The translations under genes and the position numbers were made by a program. This document shows, piece by piece, positions 47,665 through 55,892 of a DNA stretch of 64,000 nt. Numbering within the stretch: position 1 is the stretch's first letter; each line of letters begins with the position of its first letter. A model generated the notes under the pieces. It was not told the origin of the DNA and made no database searches. It saw nothing but the letters and a program-made list of their open reading frames with translations. The stretch is taken from assembly GCA_963786345.1 (NCBI GenBank), contig CAWAYZ010000014.1:45557-109556 (forward strand), given 5' to 3'. This stretch comes from an uncultured Acidimicrobiaceae bacterium. GTDB lineage: Bacteria > Actinomycetota > Acidimicrobiia > Acidimicrobiales > Palsa-688.

Positions 47665-48328
47665 ATGCCAGAGCCGCGTTCAGGGACAGGGGACCGCCGG
47701 GTGCGCCGGACCGAGCGGATGTTGAAGGAGGCGTTCATCGCGCTCGGTGCTGGAGCGCGGCTACGACCAGGTCAGCGTCGAGGACATCACCAGCCGAGCA
47801 GACGTGGCACGTGCCACCTTCTACGCCCATTACGCCAGGAAGGAGGACCTCATGACGTCAGTGTTCAGCGAGCTCGTGGACGACGTGATGGGCCGCTTGA
47901 CGCTGAGCGTAGGCCCATGGGACACGATGCGCACCCGGATGGTCGAACAGTCCTACCGCCACGCCGACGTGCTGCGTGACCTCTACCGTGTCTGCCTGAG
48001 CGGGGCCGGTGACGGCAGGGCACGCGACGCCTACTTCAAGGCCCTCGTCAGGTCGGTCGAGGCGAACTTCTCAGATCGCAGCCGCGGTCTCGGGCGGGCC
48101 CCTCTTGTCTCAGAAGCGGTGATGGCTCGGGTGTTCGCCGGCGCTCATATCGCGCTCCTCCAGTCATGGTTGAACGGGGAACTGGACTACCCCCTCGAGG
48201 AGATGGTGCTAATGGAGGTGCAACTGCTCGTCCTCGGCACGGGCTGGTCACATGGCCTCTCGCCCACCGAACTGAAGATCGATACGACGCCCGCCGCGCC
48301 CGACGAGAGCGTTGTCCCGGCTAAATAG
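47665..48328 (+). CDS. TetR/AcrR-family regulator, frame interrupted near 47746
   Basis: RRVRRTERMLKEAFIAL is in one frame (ORF 47665). LERGYDQVSVEDITSRADVARATFYAHY (HTH) is in the next frame (ORF 47747). Deleting one G from CTCGGTG joins them. Confidence 0.85.
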
Positions 48329-48362
48329 ACCAGCTACCTAAGACGGCCTCCAAGGACGTTGC

Positions 48363-49520
48363 TCACTGGAGCAAGCTCGCCAGGTAAGCGTGCTTGTTGC
48401 GGGTGAGCTCGGCCACGGAGTCGCCGCCAAACTTCCGTAACGCCTCCGAGGCGATCACCCAGGCCATCATCGTCTCTGCGACAACGCCCATGGCGGGCAC
48501 CGCCGTGTGGTCCGTGCGTTCCTTGAACGAGACGGTCTCTTCCTTGGTCACCACGTCGACCGTCTTGAGCACGGGCCGGTTGAGGGTTGAGAGCGGCTTC
48601 ATGTAGCAGCGGGCCACGACCGGCTCCCCGTTGGTTATCCCACCCTCCACACCGCCAGCATGGTTCGAGGGGCGCCGGTAGGTCCGCCCCGCCGGGTCCC
48701 ATTCGATCGGGTCGTGCGCCACCGAGCCACGCAGGCCGGCCACCTCGATGCCCTCGCCGATCTCTACTGCCTTCACGGCATGGATGCTCATGAGCGCCTG
48801 GGCCAGCAGGCCGTCGATCTTGCGGTCCCAGTGGACGTGGCTCCCCAGGCCAACCGGCACACCATAGGCGATCACCTCGGCGGCGCCCCCGAGGGAGTCC
48901 CCGTCCTTGGAGGCAGCCTTTATGGCCTCGATCATCTCTGCCTCGACTTCGGGGTCGAAGCAGCGGACCGGGGAAAGGTCCACCGCCTCCAGGTCACCCG
49001 CGGTCGGCCGGCGACCGGCCTTGGCTAACACCGGCCCGAGCTGGACCACATGGCTCACGATGTCGATGTCGAGCTCGCGCAGGAGCAATTTGCACACCGC
49101 CCCCGCCGCCACCCTTGCTGCGGTCTCGCGGGCGCTCGCCCGCTCGAGCACGTCGCGGGCCTCGGCCAGACCGTACTTCTGCATGCCTGCCAGGTCAGCA
49201 TGGCCGGGCCTCGGCTGGGTCAGCGGCTTGGTCGTCTGGCCTGGCGCCGGGGACATCTCCTCGGTCCATTTCGGCCATTCGGAGTTCCCGATCTCGATGG
49301 CCACTGGGGAGCCGAGAGTACGCCCGTGGCGGATACCGCCCAGCAACGTGAGCTCGTCGGCCTCAAAACGCATCCGTGGGCCGCGGCCGTAGCCGAGCCG
49401 CCTCCGGGCCAGTTCGTCTGAGATGTACTCAGCGCTGACGGCGAGGCCGGCCGGCAGGCCCTCGACGATGACGACGAGGGCTTTGCCGTGGGACTCTCCA
49501 CCGGTGAGAAAACGGAGCAC
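48363..49520 (-). CDS. aroC: chorismate synthase
   Basis: FLTGGESHG, GRSSARETA-like SARETAARVA, and RSDHTAVPA-like RTDHTAVPAMG motifs. Confidence 0.97.
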   Translation of the reverse strand: MLRFLTGGESHGKALVVIVEGLPAGLAVSAEYISDELARRRLGYGRGPRMRFEADELTLLGGIRHGRTLGSPVAIEIGNSEWPKWTEEMSPAPGQTTKPLTQPRPGHADLAGMQKYGLAEARDVLERASARETAARVAAGAVCKLLLRELDIDIVSHVVQLGPVLAKAGRRPTAGDLEAVDLSPVRCFDPEVEAEMIEAIKAASKDGDSLGGAAEVIAYGVPVGLGSHVHWDRKIDGLLAQALMSIHAVKAVEIGEGIEVAGLRGSVAHDPIEWDPAGRTYRRPSNHAGGVEGGITNGEPVVARCYMKPLSTLNRPVLKTVDVVTKEETVSFKERTDHTAVPAMGVVAETMMAWVIASEALRKFGGDSVAELTRNKHAYLASLLQ

Positions 49521-49591
49521 GACTACTTACAATACCGGCTCGGCCCCATCCCACGGCCTAGGGCCGGCAAAGCCCTTTGCTCAATGCTGTG

Positions 49592-52069
49592 CTAACACTG
49601 CGTCCCGCAGGTGCCGCTGTCGCCTGCCAACGCTCGGGACGTCGTCCCCGGGGTGCCCTCTTCGTAGGTCACCGGAGCCCAGGTCGCGCTACTGGCAGAA
49701 AGGTAATAGGGCGGCCACAGTACTCGCAACGAAGCGTCGTAAACGTACTGCTTGACGTAGCCGGTCGCGCCAATAGTTCCGACCGGTCCTCGGAAGTCTT
49801 GCGCTATCGAACCGAAGACACGCAGGTTGCATTGCCCACCGTTCGTCCAGCCCTCGGTGAACTCGGGGCCGACATAGACCGAGTCGGACAACGCCAGGAG
49901 CGCAGCCTCGACCGTGACCGGCGGGTTCGGGCAACTACCGCCGGGCGCCTCCGGAAGGTCGATAAAGTACCCGGCCACTAACCCAAGAGCATCGGTGCCA
50001 TCGGTCTCCGGGCACGGGTTCCAGGCCGAGAGGCTCCCGCTGGCGAGCGGACAGTCCGTGCTCGTCGTCGTTATGGCCCCCGACGACGTTATCGAGCCGT
50101 CTAAGGAGATGTCCCCCGCAGTGGTGTCTGGCGAGAAGTACAACTGGTCGCCAGACTGGCTCCCCACGGCAGCCTGTGACATAGTGAGCGTCGTCCCGGA
50201 AAGCGCGCTGATGGTAGTGCCGTTTTGGACCAAATTATCGTTATCTGCGGCGATCGGCTCCCCAACGGCGAGGCCCGTCGTCGACGACAGGCCTGTCACC
50301 GTCTTGCTACCGTTTGTCACATTTCCCGTTACAGACAGCGCCAATCCGTCGGACGACTGACTATGGCTCGCGGCCTGGGACATAGTGAGGGTCGTCCCCG
50401 AGATCGCGCTCACCGTCGTACCGGAGGGGATATCACCCGCACTGTCCGAGATCGGGTCACCGACGACTAACCCCCCCGTTGACGACAAACCAATCACCGT
50501 CTTCTGGCCCACGCTGAGGGTCCCACTGATCGTCGCCCACTCCACGGGACCCACATTGCTGTTGTCGCCCGCCACAATTGTGAGGAACCCCTGGTAAGTG
50601 CTCCCGGCGGCAATAGTGACGTTTCCGTTTACATATATGAGGCCACCATCGAGGCTGCTAACCGTGATGGTCCCCCCATTTAGGCCGGTGTTACCGCTCG
50701 ACCCGCAACTATTGGTATTGGTGCCGGCATTGTGCACGTAGGCGTACCCAAGGCCCGACCAGGTGATCTTGGTAGTACCTGCCGACGCAGCAAGGCTCAT
50801 CATTATGTTTGCGGGGCTCGAGTTGTAGCCACTCGATGTCCCGCCGGTTATATAGCAACCCACCACTTGGGCCGGCTGGAGGTCGGCGCCAGTCGTGGGC
50901 TGCGGCTCGTCACCCCGGTACGTTGGGGGAGTGTTGGGCGACGCGCATTCGTTGTACGCAGTGTTGACACACGGCCACTCCGGGAGCCCAGTGCCCTGGT
51001 CGGCGCCGCTCGGCGGGTCCGTCCGCCCGGCCGCAGCGCTGTAGACGCTCCCATAGAACGTGGGCGTCCCACTAAAGCGCAAGGTGTCGTTGGAGAACAG
51101 CGGGCCATCGACGGCGTCCCCAGTGGCGAACCAGATCCAGCACTGATTAGGGGATGGCCAGGGCTGCTGCGAGTACGGCGCGACTGTCCCTGCGGCTGCG
51201 TTCAATGTGTCAGAGGGCTCGTTCGTTTGCGGCCTGGCGGACAATATGATGGTCGTGGCGTTAAAACCGGTGACAGTCGTGCCATTGGGGATTGAACCGG
51301 CAGTGTCGTCGATCGCTCCTCCGAGGACTATCCCGGCGGTCGAGGTGACGGTGACGGTTGTGCTCAACTTGTTCAGGGCCGCAGTCCCGGTCCATACTGC
51401 CGGCGGCCCGGACGTTGCAAAGTAGGAGGCGTAGCCGCTGTAAGCGCTCATGGTCGTGCCCGTTGGGATCCCGAGGGAGCTAGCACACGACGGGTTGAGC
51501 GTCGGGTCGGTCGTCTCGTAATTGGACCAATATATGTTGTCCAAGAAACTGGATGTGGGGACGACGTTGTAGGTGAAGGTCCTTACGACGGCGTGCACCC
51601 CGGTCCCGGCTTTCCCGCTCACCGTCAGGGTAAGTGCACCTTGGACGAGGCTCGGAAGGGAGTACTCGTACCACTCCGGGGGGTTGCTGGAGGTGGACCC
51701 GACAGGTACCCAACCGCAGAAAGCGGCGTCGCCCGCCGAGTCGGTGGGCAGGGCCGGTGGGGAGTACGTACAGCTGAAGCTGGAGTTCGTGTTCACCCAC
51801 TGGGCGAAACCCGATGAGGCGTCCAGCTGTTGGGTGTAGTCGTTGAGGCCCGCCTCGGCCGCTTCGTAGGCCGCGTTCCAGTAGAGGTTCTCGTTAGTAA
51901 GGGACAGCTGGCTCACCGCCGTCGACAGCACGACGATCGGGACACTTGAGATAAGGGCGATCATCGCGACGACGATCAACATCACCTGGCCAGACTCGGC
52001 CCGGCGGTGCCAGGGTCGTTGCCGAGGCGGCTTCGTCTTTGTTGAGCGCTTGGCACCTTTTGTCAGCAT
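49592..52069 (-). CDS. large PilX-like minor pilin / pilus-associated protein (825 aa)
   Basis: Basic leader, then hydrophobic helix VMLIVVAMIALISSVPIVVLS, followed by NAAYEAAEAGLNDY as in PilX N-terminal domains. Ser/Thr/Gly-rich body with internal repeats. It overlaps the upstream pseudopilin gene by 7 nt. Confidence 0.6.
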   Translation of the reverse strand: MLTKGAKRSTKTKPPRQRPWHRRAESGQVMLIVVAMIALISSVPIVVLSTAVSQLSLTNENLYWNAAYEAAEAGLNDYTQQLDASSGFAQWVNTNSSFSCTYSPPALPTDSAGDAAFCGWVPVGSTSSNPPEWYEYSLPSLVQGALTLTVSGKAGTGVHAVVRTFTYNVVPTSSFLDNIYWSNYETTDPTLNPSCASSLGIPTGTTMSAYSGYASYFATSGPPAVWTGTAALNKLSTTVTVTSTAGIVLGGAIDDTAGSIPNGTTVTGFNATTIILSARPQTNEPSDTLNAAAGTVAPYSQQPWPSPNQCWIWFATGDAVDGPLFSNDTLRFSGTPTFYGSVYSAAAGRTDPPSGADQGTGLPEWPCVNTAYNECASPNTPPTYRGDEPQPTTGADLQPAQVVGCYITGGTSSGYNSSPANIMMSLAASAGTTKITWSGLGYAYVHNAGTNTNSCGSSGNTGLNGGTITVSSLDGGLIYVNGNVTIAAGSTYQGFLTIVAGDNSNVGPVEWATISGTLSVGQKTVIGLSSTGGLVVGDPISDSAGDIPSGTTVSAISGTTLTMSQAASHSQSSDGLALSVTGNVTNGSKTVTGLSSTTGLAVGEPIAADNDNLVQNGTTISALSGTTLTMSQAAVGSQSGDQLYFSPDTTAGDISLDGSITSSGAITTTSTDCPLASGSLSAWNPCPETDGTDALGLVAGYFIDLPEAPGGSCPNPPVTVEAALLALSDSVYVGPEFTEGWTNGGQCNLRVFGSIAQDFRGPVGTIGATGYVKQYVYDASLRVLWPPYYLSASSATWAPVTYEEGTPGTTSRALAGDSGTCGTQC
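50130..50530. repeat. two tandem approximately 67-aa protein repeats (GSKTVTGLSSTTGLAVGEPI...GTTISALSGTTLTMSQAA) in the PilX-like gene
   Basis: The repeats are seen in the translation. A third, diverged copy (GSIPNGTTVTGFNATTIILS) lies further N-terminal. Coordinates are approximate. Confidence 0.7.
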
Positions 52070-52692
52070 TGGTCAGTAGTCCCTGCGTTCGGCGGGTCCT
52101 GTTGCCAGGCCGACTGACAACTGTCCTCGATGTTCCATACCTCGATGCTCGGGTCCGACACGGTCGTTAGACCGGCGTGCGCGGACACCTTGGGGCTGTC
52201 CTTCACCAATGTGACCTGCACCATGGTTTGATATGAATATGTGACCGAAGGGCTGCCCACGGTCCACTGCGCGGTCAGGGCGTTGAAATTGCTCAGCGTG
52301 GTGTTCAAAGTCGTGGCAATCGTCACCGGGTTGCCACCGTTCTTCGACACCGTGAGGTTATCGGTGCCGGTATTGATCAGGAACTCAACGGTTTGGGCGC
52401 CGCCGTTCAAGTCGGCGGTGAACTCGAGCTCATCCGCAGTAGCCACCGTGAGGAGGCACGTCGGTATGGTAAGCGCCGTGGCGCAGGTCGCGGCGTGAAC
52501 GTCACGGACGATGGTCTGCTCGGCCAGCTGCAGTTGGTCGATGGCCTGTGCTTGCTGGCCCAAGGAGTTAGACGTGCCCGCCAGAAGGTTCACAGACGTC
52601 GCTACCGTCGTGAAGACCAGCGTCATCAGGAACATCGCGAGCACCGTCTCCACCAAGGTCATGCCCTGTTCGCGTGCGGGAGACCGGCTCAT
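52063..52692 (-). CDS. prepilin-type N-terminal cleavage/methylation-domain protein (pseudopilin)
   Basis: The leader MSRSPAREQG is followed by MTLVETVLAMFLMTLVF (G/xTLxE class III signal). ATG 52692 forms an ATGA overlap with the upstream gene. Confidence 0.75.
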   Translation of the reverse strand: MSRSPAREQGMTLVETVLAMFLMTLVFTTVATSVNLLAGTSNSLGQQAQAIDQLQLAEQTIVRDVHAATCATALTIPTCLLTVATADELEFTADLNGGAQTVEFLINTGTDNLTVSKNGGNPVTIATTLNTTLSNFNALTAQWTVGSPSVTYSYQTMVQVTLVKDSPKVSAHAGLTTVSDPSIEVWNIEDSCQSAWQQDPPNAGTTDQC

Positions 52693-55277
52693 TGGACGCT
52701 CACGTTTATGACACCGGACGGCTGTACAGTACAGGCTCCGCCGGTGTAGTAACCCGCGGAGTAGCTGCCGCCGGTGCACTTATTGACCGTAACGCCGGTG
52801 GAGCCCACGTCGACCACGGTGGCCGTCGGCGATCCCGGCGCATTGTTCGTCGAGTTCTGCGCCCCGTCGGTCGCCCCCAACAAGAACTGGCCGTACGGGA
52901 GCGACGTGAGTACGTCGTCCACGACGACCTGCTGAGTGAACGCGGTCGAGTTCGAGGTGAGGAAGTTGAGATCGCCCGCGTACTGCGCAGTAACAGTATT
53001 AGTGGACGCGGTTAGGGAGCTAACGGTGTAAGTGGCCACACCGTTGACAAGCGTCTGCGGTGCCGAAGTGGTACCACCGACCGTGAAGGTAACCGTCCCT
53101 GAGGGCATGCCGCTGCGAGGTGAGTTGGGTGTAACGGTGGCCGTGAAGGTCACAGGCGAGCCCGAGATGATCGGGTTGGCGCTCGAGCTGACAACGGTGG
53201 TGCTGGCGTCCTTCGTGGAGCCCACCGTCTGGGTGAACGCGCTTGCGGTCGAGGACGAGAAGTTTGCATCACCGGAGTAGGAGGCAGTCGCAATGTGGTT
53301 ACCCACTGATAGGCCGCTCAGCACATAGCTGGCCACACCGTTCACGACATTCTCGGCCGGGGAAGAGGTGCCACCGACCACGAAAGTAACGGTTCCCGTC
53401 GGAGTACCCGTGGCTGCTACGGGAGCGACGGTGGCGAAAAAGGTGACCGTCCCCGATGCGCTCTGGTTGGAGCTGGAACTAATGCCGACTGTGGTGGCAT
53501 TTTTGGTGCTGCCCACTGTCTGGGACAACGAGGCGCTTGACGCGGAGAAACCGGTACTACCCGAGTAGGCCGCGCTGTCCGTGCCTGCCGTGAGGCCGGT
53601 CACCGAATAGGTGACCACTCCGTTGACGAGGGTCTGCGGTCCCGAAGAGGTACCTCCGACTATGAAATTAACGGTCCCGGTGGGGATGCCGGTCGCCGGC
53701 GCCACAGGGGCCACGGTCGCGGTGAAGGTCACAGACCCAGATACGTTCGGGTTGGAACTGGAGGTCAAGGTAGTAGTGGTCGAGCTTGGCGAAGGTTGAG
53801 TCGCGGCCGAGGTCGTGCCGAGCCCCAGTGCAGGCATGACAAATCCCGACGAAGGGCAGTTCGAGTCCTGGGCACCCGTCGGCGACGAGGCGTTCGCGGT
53901 CACGGCCGCTCCGTTTAATTGCCCGCCGGTGTTCGCCACGACCACCGTGACCGGTGTGAGCACGATGGTTGCGCTTGCCGTGCCCCCCGGGGTGAGCGAC
54001 CCGGACGTCGGCACTGCCACTCCGTCCGTCGCATAGCCGTTAGGCGCGCTGTCTGACCCGCAGCTGCCGGCAACGACGTAGTAGCTCGGAGAACTGCTTT
54101 GGAACGGGAAGACCGGGTCGCCCGGTGCCGCAGTAGCGGCTGCTGCGACGTCAGGGTTAGTGACCAAACCGCTGCTGTTGTAAAACGACAACGGCAATTG
54201 GCTCAAACTGGAAGCCGACGGCGTGGAATAAGGAGCGGGCGCCGTGTAGTTCACGGTCACGTCGCTGGCTTGTGCGTAGTACCGGGGGGTGCTGGGAGCG
54301 CTAGTCGGCATCGTCAAGGTCCCATCGGCGACGACATTGCCCGTCATACCGGTACCCGCGAGCGCTGCAGGCACTCCGGACGTCAAGTCGTTGTTCGAGT
54401 CGATCCAACGTGTCTCGGACGCAGTAGCGGTGTACTGCCCAGGGGCAAGGTTGGTAAAAAGCGCACAGCCGGACTGACCGGTAGTCAGAGGGTCTGTGAC
54501 AGGTGAACCCGTTGCCGGCGGGCCTCCCGAGTACAGGTTGACAGTGACCCCTCCTTGGCCGTTCGAGACGTCATCTGTGAGCTTGACGAGGATAGAGCCG
54601 TCGCTAGGGTTCAGCGCGGAGGCCGGGACGGCAACGAGCGTCGACTCCTGCACGTACTTGGGCGCAAGGGCTTGGTTCGTCCACCAGTCGGGTGCGGCTG
54701 ATGTGACGCCGCCAGCCCACGTCACCCAGTCAGTGACTTCCAGCTCCGGTGGCGCTCCCCCGCTAGGGGCGACGCACGCACCATTGCCGGGTTGCACTTC
54801 TTGTTCTATCGAGAACTTGGTGTTAGCTTTCGTCAGCGTCGGAATGGCAGGGACATCAAGCTGACCGCTGAAACCCTGCTCGCTCAACAGTGTTGCCTGT
54901 TCGCCACAGGGTGTGGGGAATGACGATGCTTGAACGACGTTGAGCGATGCGATGGCACAGTCCAATTCGTCAGCGGCAATATCGGTAGCTATCTGCCTCA
55001 GCCGGGAGGCCTGGCTCACATGCATCGCGTTGATGACAAGGCTCGTTGTCGACGCCAGCATCGCCGCCAGCACTACCAGGGCCAGGACAACTTCGATCAA
55101 CGAGAACCCGGCCTCCGTACTGCCCCGACGCGCGACCGTATTATTCGACATACGGCGATGGCGGGCACGAATGGACCGCCTATTGGGCGCATTGCTCACC
55201 ACGCGCCGAGTCATCGGCACAATTTCACCGTCTCTTGAACATTCGGCGATCACCGCCGAAAGCCGAAAACGACGCAC
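52689..55277 (-). CDS. giant pseudopilin with three Ig-like repeats
   Basis: Class III signal ...STEAG/FSLIEVVLALVVLAAML. The C-terminal half holds three repeats of about 95 aa (SGSVTFTATVAP...PTGTVTF.VGGT...LVNGVA.Y.VS.L..G......Y.GD.NF..S...). The start is uncertain (GTG 55277, ATG 55214 or 55151). Confidence 0.75.
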   Translation of the reverse strand: MRRFRLSAVIAECSRDGEIVPMTRRVVSNAPNRRSIRARHRRMSNNTVARRGSTEAGFSLIEVVLALVVLAAMLASTTSLVINAMHVSQASRLRQIATDIAADELDCAIASLNVVQASSFPTPCGEQATLLSEQGFSGQLDVPAIPTLTKANTKFSIEQEVQPGNGACVAPSGGAPPELEVTDWVTWAGGVTSAAPDWWTNQALAPKYVQESTLVAVPASALNPSDGSILVKLTDDVSNGQGGVTVNLYSGGPPATGSPVTDPLTTGQSGCALFTNLAPGQYTATASETRWIDSNNDLTSGVPAALAGTGMTGNVVADGTLTMPTSAPSTPRYYAQASDVTVNYTAPAPYSTPSASSLSQLPLSFYNSSGLVTNPDVAAAATAAPGDPVFPFQSSSPSYYVVAGSCGSDSAPNGYATDGVAVPTSGSLTPGGTASATIVLTPVTVVVANTGGQLNGAAVTANASSPTGAQDSNCPSSGFVMPALGLGTTSAATQPSPSSTTTTLTSSSNPNVSGSVTFTATVAPVAPATGIPTGTVNFIVGGTSSGPQTLVNGVVTYSVTGLTAGTDSAAYSGSTGFSASSASLSQTVGSTKNATTVGISSSSNQSASGTVTFFATVAPVAATGTPTGTVTFVVGGTSSPAENVVNGVASYVLSGLSVGNHIATASYSGDANFSSSTASAFTQTVGSTKDASTTVVSSSANPIISGSPVTFTATVTPNSPRSGMPSGTVTFTVGGTTSAPQTLVNGVATYTVSSLTASTNTVTAQYAGDLNFLTSNSTAFTQQVVVDDVLTSLPYGQFLLGATDGAQNSTNNAPGSPTATVVDVGSTGVTVNKCTGGSYSAGYYTGGACTVQPSGVINVSVQ
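52930..53800. repeat. three tandem approximately 285-nt repeats encoding Ig-like modules
   Basis: Periodicity is visible in the translation and in the antisense shadow ORFs at 53032, 53368 and 53611. Coordinates are approximate. Confidence 0.75.
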
Positions 55278-55286
55278 TCGCGCGCC

Positions 55287-55892
55287 TCAGGAAGCGGGGT
55301 TATCGGAGGAGGCGGAGGCGTAAAAGGCGCGGAGCGTTATCGAAGACCCACCTGCTGTCGCTGAGCTGCTGGCCTTGGCGGCTCCGCTCGTCGAGCTCGC
55401 GGTAGGGCCCTGCAAGCTGAAGGTGTCCACCACAAACAGGCGGCGCTCGGAGTCGAGGTGGTTCACGAGGGACTCGACCTGAGCCGAGCTGCCATCAACG
55501 CTGATGGTGAGATTTATCTCGGCCGGGCCAGAGACAGTCGCGGGCGTGGCTACCCCAAAGTCTGCAGGCTGGGGGGACGCGATGTTGGCGATCTGGGCCC
55601 CAGAGGCGTCCGCGGCCGCCCACAGTGACTTGACCACTTTGTCCAGCTCCGGGCCATCCGGAACGGACCCGCTCAACGCAGCAAGAGCGGCGCGCTCGGC
55701 AGGCAGGTTTTTCTCACTGTGCAGAAGGGCACTGTACTGAGCGTCAAGTTGCGTGACCTTTCCGGAGGCAACTTGCTCCTGTTGTTGGAGGTTGGCAACG
55801 TGGTGGCTTTCTGGTTGGGAGAAACCCTCGAACCAGCCCACCAAAATCACTACCAAGACCAGCGCAGCCCCAATAAAGATGCGTCGTGTCAC
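55287..55892 (-). CDS. pilO: PilO-like pilus assembly protein
   Basis: Single N-terminal TM segment, a coiled-coil, then a ferredoxin-like C-terminus (INLTISVDGSSAQVESLVNHLDSERRLFVVDTFSL). Its position follows pilMN. Confidence 0.7.
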   Translation of the reverse strand: MTRRIFIGAALVLVVILVGWFEGFSQPESHHVANLQQQEQVASGKVTQLDAQYSALLHSEKNLPAERAALAALSGSVPDGPELDKVVKSLWAAADASGAQIANIASPQPADFGVATPATVSGPAEINLTISVDGSSAQVESLVNHLDSERRLFVVDTFSLQGPTASSTSGAAKASSSATAGGSSITLRAFYASASSDNPAS

